DNA from: Sphagnum compactum
Taxonomy: Eukaryota
Assembly (NCBI GenBank): GCA_965153455.1
Contig: OZ234493.1
Coordinates: forward strand, 20,946,213-21,010,212
Length of the DNA: 64,000 bases
Direction of reading: 5' to 3'
Under the pieces are notes generated by a model that saw nothing but the letters and a program-made list of their open reading frames with translations, had not been told where the DNA came from and ran no database searches. This document shows positions 12,871 through 25,800 of this stretch, piece after piece (position 1 is the stretch's first letter; every line of letters starts with the position of its first letter). The position numbers were made by a program, and so were the translations under genes.

Positions 12871-15800
12871 AGGCATGTTGAAGGACAAACACTACTTCTT
12901 TGCTTCTTCTTTGGCAAAGATTGTGAAAAAAGATCGCATTTTGGGAATTCCAAATGGGAATTTGGAACAAAAGACACATACCTATAGGTATAGGTAGTCT
13001 CAGGCAGATCATGTAAATCTCAAAGGAAAAATATAAGAAAAGATATGGTGGTCGTCGTCGGCTAAGGACAAGCAAGAAGAAATTGTCCTTGACAATTACA
13101 GATCTTGAGAAGTGACAGCAGCTTTTGTTTGCATGTCTGCTTGCCTACCTTTCCTTCCTTACTTGGAGGCCAGAGTAAGGCCCGCAGCACCCACGGTTGC
13201 ACCGTCCACTGGATGCCCGTTATGACTCAGTTGTGAATGAACGTCAACTGAGTTAATATGATCGGGTTTCACCTTGGTAACCCATTGTGTAAGAAGTGTT
13301 CCTCTATTTAGGTCAGTGTATTTTTTTAGGAATTGTTTTGGTAGCCAAAATGGCTATCATGCAGAGGAAGATGTAAAATAAGTAGCAATTGTCCCTAGGA
13401 AGATTTAGCCAAACTTGGCTAAAAAATCAGAAATAAAATACAAATCACTCTTTCTTTCTTTCTTTCTTTCTTTCTATCTTTAGCAACCAGAAAAGCAAGC
13501 AAGAATTATGAGGGTCGAGGCAGTAGGTAAAGAACAGAAGCAATCTGCAGCGGCTGGTTGGCTGGCTAGCTGGAGAAAAATGAGGAAGTGGGTGGTCATT
13601 GCTCCGTTAGCAATCCCAAGCAAATCTAATTGGGGGTGGTGGGGGGTAATCTTGCAGCGCTAGAAGTGGAAAAATACTTGGGATAGATCTGACATCCCCC
13701 AAACTAAACTGGGAGTTTGTGCGCTGTGGTGGTTTTCATTTGCAAATTGCCAAGCTGCAGCTGAAACCCAACTAGTACCTACTACTACTGTGTGCATAGA
13801 TAGAGAGCAGTCTACTTACTTACCGCCAGCCAGCCCAAGCCCAGCCCGGCCGGACAGCCAGCCAGCCAGCACTGAGCAGTCGTCCAGCAGGCAAACAGCA
13901 GCCGGCTAAAACTCTGCAACAACAACAGTAGCAGCAGCAGCAGCAGCACAACTTCCCAAACAAAAGCTGACTGCCGCTTTCATAAACTCCAAATCCACTA
14001 CGATTTTAACTCCTATGATTTCTTTCTTTCTTGCTTTGCTTTGCATCAAGTTCTAGATTTACAAATTACTGGACATTCTAGGCACTCTCCACACAACTAG
14101 CCCAGTAAGGACATCTTTACATTATGCTGCTGTGATCACAATAGCTTCTTCCATTAGGTTTTTAACCGTATCTGTGAACTGGTACAGACAAGGGTTGTCA
14201 TATTAATGTACTAGTAGATAGAGGGCTTGAAAAAGAAATTTACAGAAACTTCAAGCCAGTGGGGTTGCTGGATTTGGTGGTCTGAATTTTTTTTGTCAGC
14301 TAACTTGAGTGATCTAACAGTTCAATGTGTAATATCCATTTACAGAGATAGGGTTCTAGCACATCACTTGTACACTTTGTTTCATTATGGACCTGCACCT
14401 CTAACTACAGTATGTAAGTACCCATCCATCAACACTGAACAGTTGAAATTTCTTTCAGTTGCTGTACAGACCTAGTATATTTTTTAATAATTCTAATTAG
14501 TATAGTATGTGCTTCTTTGGCAATGTCCTTTACTAATTTCTAGGTGTGCGGAGCTTCAACTGTGAGTTGCAAGTTTGAGCATTAACAGCAGCACACCCCA
14601 GATTGTAACAGTCCATAGATCACTAATTGTCCTTAGACTTGTACATGCAAAATATTGTATTATATTGCATCAACCAGATTGTTGTTGCTTTGGATTATAT
14701 TCCTATGGTTGGTGATGGATGAACTCTCCAGGTCAAGAAACCAGGCCAAGAAAAAAAAGAAAAGAAAGGAGGTCTTGGGTCTAGGTAACTGGCAAGAGGT
14801 TGCTGCTTACAGGAAATAGCTGAGATGCTAATGTAGCAAGGAAGATCTTTTTGAGTAACCAGCAACCTCAAGCCGGTGATGAGACATAAATCTACCACTT
14901 AGTGGTTCAAGATCTACTTACCAAAATCATAACTCTCATGTCAATGGATGGCTACTGAGTGAATCCAGTAGGTATCAGATGGACAGATTCAAATGTTTTT
15001 TTTTTTAATAAAATGGATTGATCCAACATCTGTAGTTGGAAGGTAGGAACGGAAAACCCTCAAGGTCGAAGGTTCTACTGGGTGAACACTAAGTGGAGGA
15101 CCAATCACATTGAGCTCTGAAAGGTCGATAATGGTTGAACCCATTACTGGACACAATCTACTCCTGCTGCCGCATTACAAAAAGACTGCATTCCAGTGTA
15201 ATCTTACAGTTATGTTCTTTTCAGTTAAGAGGTAAGAATTCCATCAGCATCCCTTGATACTTCTTCTTACTAGCAAAATGTTCTGAGTTTCAAGACATTG
15301 CTGACACACCCAATGCTTGTAATGTGGCCTGTTGCTCATCAGGACAGGATAAATTGTCATCTCGCCCAGAGTACGCTTGTAAACTACTTCAAATTGCAGT
15401 GCAAATTGCTTCTAGTAACAAAATCAATAAGTAACAGGGGCTCTCTCAAGATCTTCCTCCTCAGCAGCCTACTTACTGATGAGGTTATTGAGGACAAAAC
15501 ATTCTTCAAAATCAGGTCTGAAATAAAGGGCTTGCTCTTTCTTTTTGTTTTGGGTTTCTATTTTCCAGGGCAGTGTATTTGTGGTTATTGGCATCTTTGA
15601 CAATTCATGGGGGGGGGGACTCACAGCACTCAAACACCTCTCTCTCTCTCCAAAATGGGTGTTCCCCATCTCCAGCTCTAGAGGTCCAAGCTCAAACATT
15701 ATCCTCAATCCCTGAAGCAAGGTGTTAACTTGGAATCATTGAAAGAAAAACAACCCAATAGGCTTCTTTTTTGGCTCTTTCAGTGAAGGGCTCCCTCTTG

Positions 15801-16164
15801 GTCCTTAGTCCTTACCAAGTTTCTCTGACGATGTTTTAGGTCTTATTGATGGCGTTTTAGGTCTCTTATTAGATTGTATAGGGTAACTTATTCATGCTTC
15901 TATTTAATAGTGAGGGGGTGTGCTCACTATTTTATTTTTATTTTATTTTTCAGGAGGAGCCATTTGATTGACTTTTTCATGGTTTGAAAATATTAAGTTT
16001 TCCATAAACTAATCCTTAGTTTTATTCTAACTATACCGTGCTCATCCTCTTTGTTAAAGTTATCAGTAAAGCCTAGCAAAGTGAGGACCGTGCCTCAAAA
16101 CTAAGGATGAAGTCCGCAAAAGTGGTTATCATAATCATTTTTCTAACCACACTATGGTTTACTT

Positions 16165-17320
16165 ACATTAAACTAAGGGGCTACCTAATAGGGGTTTCAC
16201 TAGGTTAGGCTTACCTACATGGGTTACTTAGTTACCTACCCATTTATTCACGTCTACCTACCTATCTATCTACCTATCAATGGATTATCTACCTATTTAC
16301 CTATTGGTCACCTACCTACCTATGGGTTACGTACCTACTCGTGGGTTACTTACCTAGGTTAGGTGCTATCAAAAGCCCAAAACGGGAGCTATCTAGGGTC
16401 ATCTTAAAGGCTACCTAGGGGTTACCTAGGGGCTATTTAGAAAGCTACGTGAGGCTTACATAGGGTTATAAAAGGACTTCCTAAATTAAGGGATATTTAG
16501 GGGTTACTTATGGGGTTACATAAAGAGTTATTAAGGGATATTTAAGGGTTATTTATGAGGTTACATAAAGGACTATTTAGGGACTAACTCAAAAGTTGAC
16601 TAGGGGATACTTAAGGACTACCTAAGGGCCTACTTTGGTTAGGGGATACTTTTAGACTATGTAGGAGGTTACATAGAGCTTATCTAAAAAGATTATTTAG
16701 GAATTTCTTGAGTTAAGGGATACTTAGGGGATTACTTTTGAAGCTATTTAGGGTATACATATGGTAATATTTAAGAGGCTAACTAGGGGCTTCCTAAGTT
16801 AGTGAATACCTAGGGGCCTATTTATGGGGCTACATAAGGGGCTATTTACAAGCTTCCAAAGGGAATACTTACACACTATGTAGGAGTTATATATAACCAC
16901 CAAAATAGCCTTTAGTTATTTCATAACCTATGTAGGTCCTTATGTGTTTCCCTAGGTAGTCCCCAAGTAGGTCCTAGGTAGTCTCCTAAGTAGCCCTTCG
17001 ATATACCATAACCCAAGTAGGCCCCTAGGTGTCTCTATAAATAACCTTTTAGGTAGGCCTTATGTAGCGCCCTAGGTAGGCACTATGTAATCCCTTAAAT
17101 AACCCTTAGGTATCCCATAGCTTAGGTAAGACTTTAGATGTCTCCTTGGATTCTTTCAATAGGCCCTAAATAGTTCCTTGAATAGTTTTTAAGTTTCCCA
17201 AAACACAGGTAGATTCTTAAGTGTCTCCTTAACTTAGATAGGCCTTAGGTACAGCCCTTTAAATAATCCTTAGGTATCGACTAATTTAAAAAATCCCTAG
17301 CTAACCCCTAGGTAGCTAGC
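16165..17320. repeat. Left subterminal array of degenerate GGGCTACCTAG(G) motifs with orientation switch near 16900
   Basis: The outer half reads ggggctacctag-type on + and includes a (CTAC)n run at ~16230-16350. The inner half reads cctaggtagccc-type. Confidence 0.85.
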
Positions 17321-18280
17321 TTTGTGTAATTCCACTAGGGAAAAAATGGTCGTTTCTTACCAATTAGTTTTTTACTATATGTCGTCCTCGACTTTGTTTC
17401 AACTACATAATTATATTTATGTCAAAAAAATCCATGTGGATGGCTTAGCACTTCAAATAAATTGAACTACCAATTAATTTGATAAATGTGTAGCATTGAC
17501 CACTAGTGGGGGTTGACCATCAAAATATAATTGTCACATTCATGTGGAATTATGTATATCAATGAAAAGTGTGTTCAATAAGTTTACAAGAGCATGTGCA
17601 AAAAGATCACAAATATAGAAGCAATGTGCAATTCCTAGTAGATACCAACACAAGGCTTGAAACTCCACAAATGATGCCCCATTTTTTATATTAGTTCAAT
17701 GTATTTCCTCTTTTGAAGGTGCATGACGTTTATTTCACTTTCAATTGCATCAAAAGTTTCCCAACATCATCATATGTCTTACAATGCAACGTCCAAACCA
17801 ACCATTTATAATTTTCACTACCATATGATGCAACCCCCTCTTGGCTACAAGGTCAAATGACAACCTTGGCATGAAGATTGATTATGATTACCCTAGTCAT
17901 GTAAATGATGTTATGATCACTTCTTGCATTGCCATACATGGTGTAAAACAAAAAAAGAATCCTAGATACACAAAAATTAATTTAAACCATACTTTTCAAA
18001 GTTGTTCAACTACATTCAACCCACACAAAAAGTAAAAGACTTTATGCTTACATTATGTACTCAAAACCAAAACTTATGAATGTATGCATCTTCGATATTA
18101 TTATTTTTTCCATTTCAAATACAGAATAATACATTGAGGGATATGAAAAGATGACAATGATTGGGAGACATGTTTTAGCTAGAAAGGCACCATATTTCAA
18201 ATGCCCCAAAAATCACAAAATGTTTTTAAACCACTAAATTATGTTGCTATTGACAATGAGAGGCAACCTTTTTCATTATG

Positions 18281-19070
18281 GGACCACCATCAAAACAATA
18301 ATATCGGTAAAAACAACATTCATTTTATGCATTTAATAAATATTGGTCATGCTCCATTGTTCCACATTATTTTTTATATGGAAATATTGTTCCTTGTATC
18401 CATTTATATTATATTATATAAAAATAGAGGAATAAAAAACTTTTCAATGTGCTAGAAACACAAGTAGAAAAACTATGTTTTGCGACTTGTCTTATGCAAT
18501 TACATGTGTCGCATGCAACTAAAAGATAGTTTCATGTGATGTTTTTTAGTTGCATATGACACATTTAGTTGCATAAGACAAGTTGCAAAAGTTTTTTTTT
18601 CTACTCTATAAATAAATATTTAAGCATGTGTATTTCTATATATAGAACAAAGTGATGGTACATTTTTGGCCACATGTGCATTAGGGGACCATCATCAAGA
18701 CAATAATATCGGTAAAAACAACATTTATTTATTTTTATGCATTTAATAAATATTGGTCATGCTCCATTGTTCCACATTATTTTTTTATATGGAAATATTG
18801 TTCCTTGTATCCATTTATATTATAATATATAAGAATAGAGGAATAAAAAACTTGTCAATGTGCTAGAAACACAAGTAGAAAAACTATCTTTTGTGACTTG
18901 TCTTATGCAATTACATGTGTCGCATACGACTAAAAGATAGTTTCATGTGATGTTTTTTAGTTGCATAAGACTAGTTGGAAAAGTTTTTTTTTCTACTCTA
19001 TAAAAAAATATTTAAGCGTATGTATTTTTATATATAGAACAAAGTGATGGTAAATGTTTGACCACGTGTG
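18281..19070 (+). repeat. ~400-bp tandem duplication upstream of the P450 pseudogene, each unit containing a CACTA-like hairpin MITE
   Basis: Units start GGGACCA(C/T)CATCAA at 18281 and ~18686. The same duplication recurs at 30791/31190 and 53151/53550. Hairpin 18459-18608 has CAC(A)AGTAGAAAAA...TTTTTCTACT ends. Confidence 0.8.
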
Positions 19071-19204
19071 CATCATAACACACATTTCAAAAGAAAACCC
19101 CTTGGGTTGAAATCCTATATTATTGAAATGTAGTTTGTATTCTTTCTGAGCACAATTCCAAAATACATCTTGTAGAAGGTTGCAAAGGTTTTGACGTAAA
19201 CAAC

Positions 19205-21347
19205 ATGGACAAGTCAATGATTCATTCATTTGTGCACCAAGGAATTTTGAGAGTTAATTTGGGGCTTTTTATTGTAAGTATGTTTTGTATATTTTTGGCT
19301 GTAACTTTACACACAATGTTTTCCAGGAAATCCCATTGCTTACTTCCAGGTCCATGGCCATGGCCTATCATGGGCAATTTGTTGATGTTTAGAGAACATC
19401 CACACCTAACACTAACACGTTGGGCCGAAAAGTATGGACCCCTTATGCACCTTCAACACGGTTCCATCAACACTGTGGTGGCATCTTCGCCTACAATGGC
19501 CAAGGAATTTTTGAAAACCCAAGATCATGTGTTCTAATATTGTCCATCTTCACTTGCATTCAAGATTCTAACCAAAAATTGGAGCATGGGAGTGATATCT
19601 GGTCTTGCTTTGCAACACATCCGAAAGATATGCACGAACGAGCTTTTCACATTTAAAAAGATACAATCATTCCAACCTATGAGAACACAAGAGATTCAAG
19701 AGACAATCAAGGACATTTACAGAGAAACCAATGAAGGAAAAATGGTTAATCTCACCTTCAAACTATCATTTGTCTCCACAAATAATATGACCCAAATGTT
19801 GTTCAAGAAAAGGTAATTTATTTGAAACTATGTTAATATGAAATGTTCAAGAAACATATATAATGGCATGAGTTAGCATCATAATGTTTGGATTGAAATA
19901 ATCACCAAATTTGGGATTTAAAAAAAAGCTATTATAGGATTTTTTCTCAATAGATGAACTTTCAAATGGCAAACTCAACATTGTAATAAACTATGAACAT
20001 TTCAAATATTGTTTTGTTCTTTTTCCATGTGCATTTCAATGACTAAAAACATGTCTCTATGGGTGCATAGGTATTGTGGAATTGGGAGCGACAATAAAGA
20101 AGCACAATGGTTCAAAGAAATAACAAATGCAATCACATATTGGGAAGGTGCTTTCACTATTAGTGATTACATCCCTTACTTGAGGTGGGTGACCAAGCTT
20201 CAAGGGATTTACACCTCTTTGCAAGCATTACCAAATGAATTATCAAATTTCATTAAACAAATAATGGATGAACATAGAACAATTCCATCTACTCCAAATT
20301 CAAATATTGAGGATGTGCCTAAAGATTTTTTGGATGTTCTTTTCACCACACCTCAAGTAGATGGTATTGGACACTTAACTGATGATGCCATTCAAGCTTT
20401 TATCACGGTGAGTGGAACACCATGGTTTTTTTATAGTAGTGAAAATGTTTATGTTTAAAGGAATTTGCATTAAGTTTTATGGTTTTTAAAAATGTTTTAA
20501 AATTCTATTCCACACCAAAATGTTCATAACAATAATGTTAATACATGTTGTGATGTGTACATGCAGGACATATTTGTAGCACGAATTGGTACACTTCATT
20601 ACCATGTCACAATTATATTTTTTAAAACACATGTTCATCATTGACATCTTTTATTCATAAAAATAAAATGGAAATTATATTTACTTAAAAGTTCATGAAT
20701 ATTTTTCATATTTATGTATTGTCCAAATTAACCCCTTTTTTTTTGTAGATACATCTACTATGACATTAGAGTGGGTGATGGCAGAACTTTTACAACACCC
20801 TAACATTATGAAATGTGCCCAAACATAATTGGATGATATAGTGGGGACAAATCGATTGGTTGAAGAATCCGATCTTCAAAATCTCCCTTACTTGCAAGCT
20901 ATATTGAAAGAAAACTTTTGGATCCATCCTCCTGCTCCTCTTTGGCTTCCTCATTGTTCTATTGAACCTTCGCAAGTACAAGGTTACAATCTACCTCCCA
21001 ACACTTGAGTATTGGTGAATATATGGGCAATCGGACGAGATCCTAATACATGGGAAAAGCCATTACAATTTGACCCAAATCATTTCATGCAACACCATGA
21101 AATTGATGTGCAAGGTCAACATTTTGAACTTTTACCATTTGGTACTTGAAGACGAGCATGTCCAGGACGTCCATTAGCAGTCATATTTGCTCAAATTGTG
21201 TTGGCATGACTCTTGCAAAGCTTTGATTGGTCAATTCCAAATGTGGAAGAAAAAACCATTGACATGTCTGAAACATTTGGTCTCACTTTAAGGAAAACAA
21301 AGTCATTGTGTGTAATGACACATCCTAGGTTGCAAGCTCACAATTGA
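19205..21347 (+). pseudogene. Cytochrome P450 (CYP71 clan) full-length pseudogene
   Basis: Exons 19205-19812, 20071-20407, 20567-20588 and 20749-21347, the same structure as the intact copies. In-frame stops at 19535, 20826, 21006, 21147 and 21207. AGT motif changed to ARI and ExxR changed to ENFW. Confidence 0.93.
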
Positions 21348-21939
21348 TTCTATCCCCAAGTATATCAATTCATGTGCAATTATAGTTGACATGAAGATCA
21401 AGTCCTCTTAAAATTTAAAAACTTACTAGAGTTGTCTTACATTGTTTTGACTAAATGATGATCTCTACTATGTGAAAAGTTAAATAAAGGATTTTGAAAT
21501 ACACAAATTTGCAACATTCTAACAATTATCACCTAACCAATAGTGGATAGCATAGCTCTAGTTTTCTATGTTGCTCCACTTTGGAGGATTTGATCGCGTT
21601 TCATAGATTTCAATTATAGCGAATCATGAAATTTGGTTTAACTACATGCCCATATATAACAAGTCAAACACATTGCTAAATTCAATAGTAGTGTAATTTC
21701 AAATCACATTTTGCACATAAATGTTGGTTGTACAAACTATAAACCCCCCAAAAATTGTGGGTTGGTTTTATAAATGATAAATCTACCATTGTAATGGGCA
21801 AAGGATTAGTGTGTTAATAGTTGTGGTAAGTTGTACAACATGTGTGTGTGTGTTGATCTCTTCCTTGTTGAATAAACACATCTTTGACGTACAATTTAGA
21901 TGGGTGTAATCAAGTGGTGATCCCAATTGTCCATTGTTA

Positions 21940-22850
21940 AATATGTCCAAGTACATCTAAAAAACAACTAGAAGGATAAACAAACTTTGGTTATCCCTTA
22001 TCAAGAAATTTCCTCAATTGAACATATTTATTTCCTTTGTTGAACATCTATAAAAAGGTAGAAGGATAAGAGGATTCGGTTCCCTTCTATCCAATTCATT
22101 CTTCAAAATCTTTTTCTATTTGCTAAATATTCCCAAGTACATCAACAAAAAAGTTAGAAGGCTAAGAAAATTTGATTCCCTCTTACCCCATTTGTTATTC
22201 AAAATCTTTTCCTTTGCTAAATATTCCCAAGTACATCTACAAAAGAGCCAAAAGGCTAAGAAATTTGATTCCCCCTTACCCCATTTGTTCTTTAAAATCT
22301 TTCCCTTTGCAAAATATTTCCAAGTACATCTACAAAAGAACTAAAAGGCTAAGAAAATCTGATCCCCCTTTACCCCATTTGTTCTTCAAAATATCCTTTG
22401 CTAAACATTCCCAAGTGCATCTACAAAAGAGCTAGAAGGTTAAGAAAATTTGATTCCCCCTTATTCAATTTGTTCTTCAAAACCTTTTCCTTTGTTAAAT
22501 ATTCCTGAGTTCATCTACACAAGAGCTAGAAGGCTAACAAATTTTGATTCCCTTTACTCAAATTTTTCTTGAAAATCTTTTCCTTCTTCAAATATTCCCA
22601 AGTACATCTATAAAAGAGCTAGAAGCTTGAATTTTTTTGATTCCCCCATACTCAATTTGTTCTTCAAAATCTTTTTCTTTCCCAAATATTCCCAACTACA
22701 TCTACAAAATAGCTAGAAGGCTAAGAAAATTTGATCCCCCCTTATTCAATTTGTTCTTCAAAGTCTTTTCCTTTCCCAATTACATATAGAAAGAAGCTAG
22801 AAGGAGAATAAACTCGGTTCCCTTTTAACTAATTATTTCTTCAAATACTT
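21940..22850 (+). repeat. ~93-bp tandem satellite, about 9 units
   Basis: Unit AAATATTCCCAAGTACATCTACAAAAGAGCTAGAAGGCTAAGAAAATTTGATTCCCCCTTA...; the GTACATC anchor recurs at 22137, 22231, 22324, 22415, 22509, 22602 and 22696. Confidence 0.92.
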
Positions 22851-25800
22851 TTCATTATGAAGATAATAAGCCATGAAAACAATGAGTAATTAGTCCCATA
22901 CTATCCTAACAATAAAACTTTCATCACAAAAACAAAAATGTCTAATTTAAATGAAGTTCTAGCAATGAATAATTAGAATTGCCATATGGGGGATTTTTTA
23001 GAATCCTTCATATGATCATCCATGGACCATTCCAAATACAATTTCAGAAATAACTAACTCATTTTCAAGCCTAATTACTTCATTTTTTTCTTAATAATTA
23101 CTTCCATTTCCTATTAACTTTCCTAATGATTATCTCCCATCTTTCTTAATAACTACCTCCATTTTATAATTACTTCACTCTTTTTCCCTATCCACCAACA
23201 TGGACATGAAAAAAATATTAAATGTGCGTCTTTTTAATTTAAATTTAAATTAACATTGACATAAATAATGATGAGTTATTGAAAACCATAGGAAAAATAA
23301 GAAACTAATTAAATAATTGATCGTCATTGGTAGTGCTCAAATATTGATAAACATAATATATAAATTTAAAAGCAAAATATGTCAATTTTTGGTCTTATTT
23401 AATATGCTTTAAAAATACTTGAAATGCCTTGTTGATTTGGTGCATTTGTTTACATGCAATCAATTTGGAGAACCATAAAATGTTGTACTTTCCTTAAGTT
23501 GGATGCGCATGAAATGCATATGAATATATTATTTTAAATTTTTAAAAGTTGTTTGGAATTTGGTTCAACATGGTAATGTTAATGTCACCACCATGGAAAA
23601 GTTAGCATAAATATTTGTTAAAACTTGAAAGCAATTTTAAATGATGTAAGTGAAAGTGTTGAAGCTTACATTGGATATTAAATGAATAGTTCTTCTAGTA
23701 TCTAGTTCTACATTGAGTGTTTTTGCTTGACAAATTAATGAATATCTATTCTATAATAAATTTTTAAAAAACTTGTCGTATTTTATCAATCTACCACTAT
23801 GTATGGATCGATACACATAACTTTAGGAATGTTTTTTCATATCAATAAGTAATGTGCGTTTTTAGCCCAGTAATCCACTATCAAGAATAAAAATGATTAT
23901 TTCAAGATACATTGTTGGTTTTTTAAACCATGTTTATGAAAGAATTGTAACATATAATGAAAGTGAAAGAATTAACCAAACATATAATTAAAATTAACAA
24001 TACAAATACAAGTGGCTTCTAACATGCAATTATTTATAGATAATCACTTATATTTCAAAATTACTTAAATCAACTTTGAATTTTTCATTTTGTAAAGGTT
24101 GCAATTAATTAAATAAATATATTTATTTTTTCCATAGTAGACCACTACAATCAAAAGAAAAGTATCCAAGTGTTAGTCCTTGTGATATATGTAAAGTATA
24201 TTCATGCGACTATTTGAAAGGTGTTATTGCTATTAAATGACTAAAATTTGAACCAAATTGTATTTTTTAAAATTTGGTTATTCATCTCCATGGAGACTAT
24301 ATTGCATGAATACAAATGAGATCCTTATTCTTGCAATATAATGGATCCCAAAAGAATTCATCTCTTCCATTTATTATACTAGCATGGTTGCATAAATAAA
24401 TATGTTGTAAAATTTGGATCATCTCACAATTGAAGTGATTTAGGAGACATGGTGTTTATCTTGTTTGTATGTGATATATACACAAATCAACTTCACTTCA
24501 TAAAAGGTTCATTTATTATGTTTAAATTTTTTTTCATTTTCAAGAATATGCATGGAAATTTAGGGTCTTCTAGAGATGTCAATGGCGCATGTGCTTCTAT
24601 TTCTACTATACCTATCCAATTCCTTGTATATCCATTGCATGAGGAATACTAGATGGTGGAATGATTTTTTTATTAAAAAACTTCATTTTGTATAACATGA
24701 GTATTTCCCATTCTAATAATTTGCAAAGATTTCAATATTCATTACAATGAACATAATGAAATTAATTCTTTTTTATTCTTTTGTGTAAGTTATTATATTG
24801 GCAATGAATTTAATCAAACTAATAGCATTATGGGATGTGGATCATGATTGCAACCAATAACCACATGATCTAATGGTTTGATGTGATAATCGTTACAATT
24901 CAAATCATATAATTGATTAGTACAAAGACAATGCCCCAAGAATTTGGGATTTATGATCACTTTGAAAATGCCGATGGGTTCAATTTATCATTAGGCCAAA
25001 TGTGAAAGGTTATTCTTGAAGTGATAATTCATTGACTATTATTAACATTAATTTGATTTTTTCACTCATAAGTGGTAGTTCTAGATTCAATATCAATCTC
25101 AATTATAAGATTGGATCTCAATTACCATTAAGGTTCTCCAATAATTCCTTCCATTATTAACTTGTAACTAATGTACGGGTTCGTATAGGAATAATGACTC
25201 CTATAATGAAGGTGGCTCCTCTCATAATGGTGAGAACGTGCCTCATACAATGATGGTGGAACCACCATATATAGGAACTTCATCTTGTAACTATTATAAA
25301 ATGATATAAATTATACTAGGTAACCACCATTAACACTACAATTCCCTTTAGCATTTATTTTTTCAATAATGCGAAATATTTTATCTTTAAACAAATAAGG
25401 TTTGTATCAAACAATAAAAGATCATATAGGCATTCAAAATTCCCAATCAATTTCATAAATTTGATAAGGTTTTCAAGTTTTGGAATACGTTTAATGTTCA
25501 TAATGTAAGCAATCTTATCTTTTTACTTATTTGTATGTTTGATTTTTTATTCTATATCAATCAAACTATGATATATGAAGTGCCTATGTATACTAGTTTT
25601 CATTTGTTGGGTTTAAATATCGAATAATTTATTTTTATCTTTTACACCTTGTTGTATAATTTTTTCATGTAGAATATAAAGTTTCATTTCCCCCATAATG
25701 TAATTTGTGTATTTTCATCATAAAGAAGCATTAAAAAAATACAATTGATTGATATTCAATATCAAATTTGGATGATGGGTTAATTCATGCTTTCAATAAA

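Noticed and set aside
15477-15521. TGATGA...CTGA box C/D-like pairs (also ~10324-10370)
   Set aside because: Too short for snoRNAs, with no terminal stem and no evident rRNA guide.
15775-15800. CAGTGAAGGGCTCCCT resembles miR319/159
   Set aside because: It lacks two internal bases and the 5' match, and no complementary star arm was found.
22120-22435. Repetitive ORFs in the 93-bp array (also 32352-32564), and the idea that the arrays are CRISPR-like
   Set aside because: Unit length varies (91-94 bp), breaking frames. Units are contiguous with no unique spacers, and the context is eukaryotic with no cas genes.
25172-25340. TG...CA ~170-bp segment (also 47535-47703) as a possible short LTR
   Set aside because: No TSD, no convincing adjacent pol sequence, and only a weak PPT.
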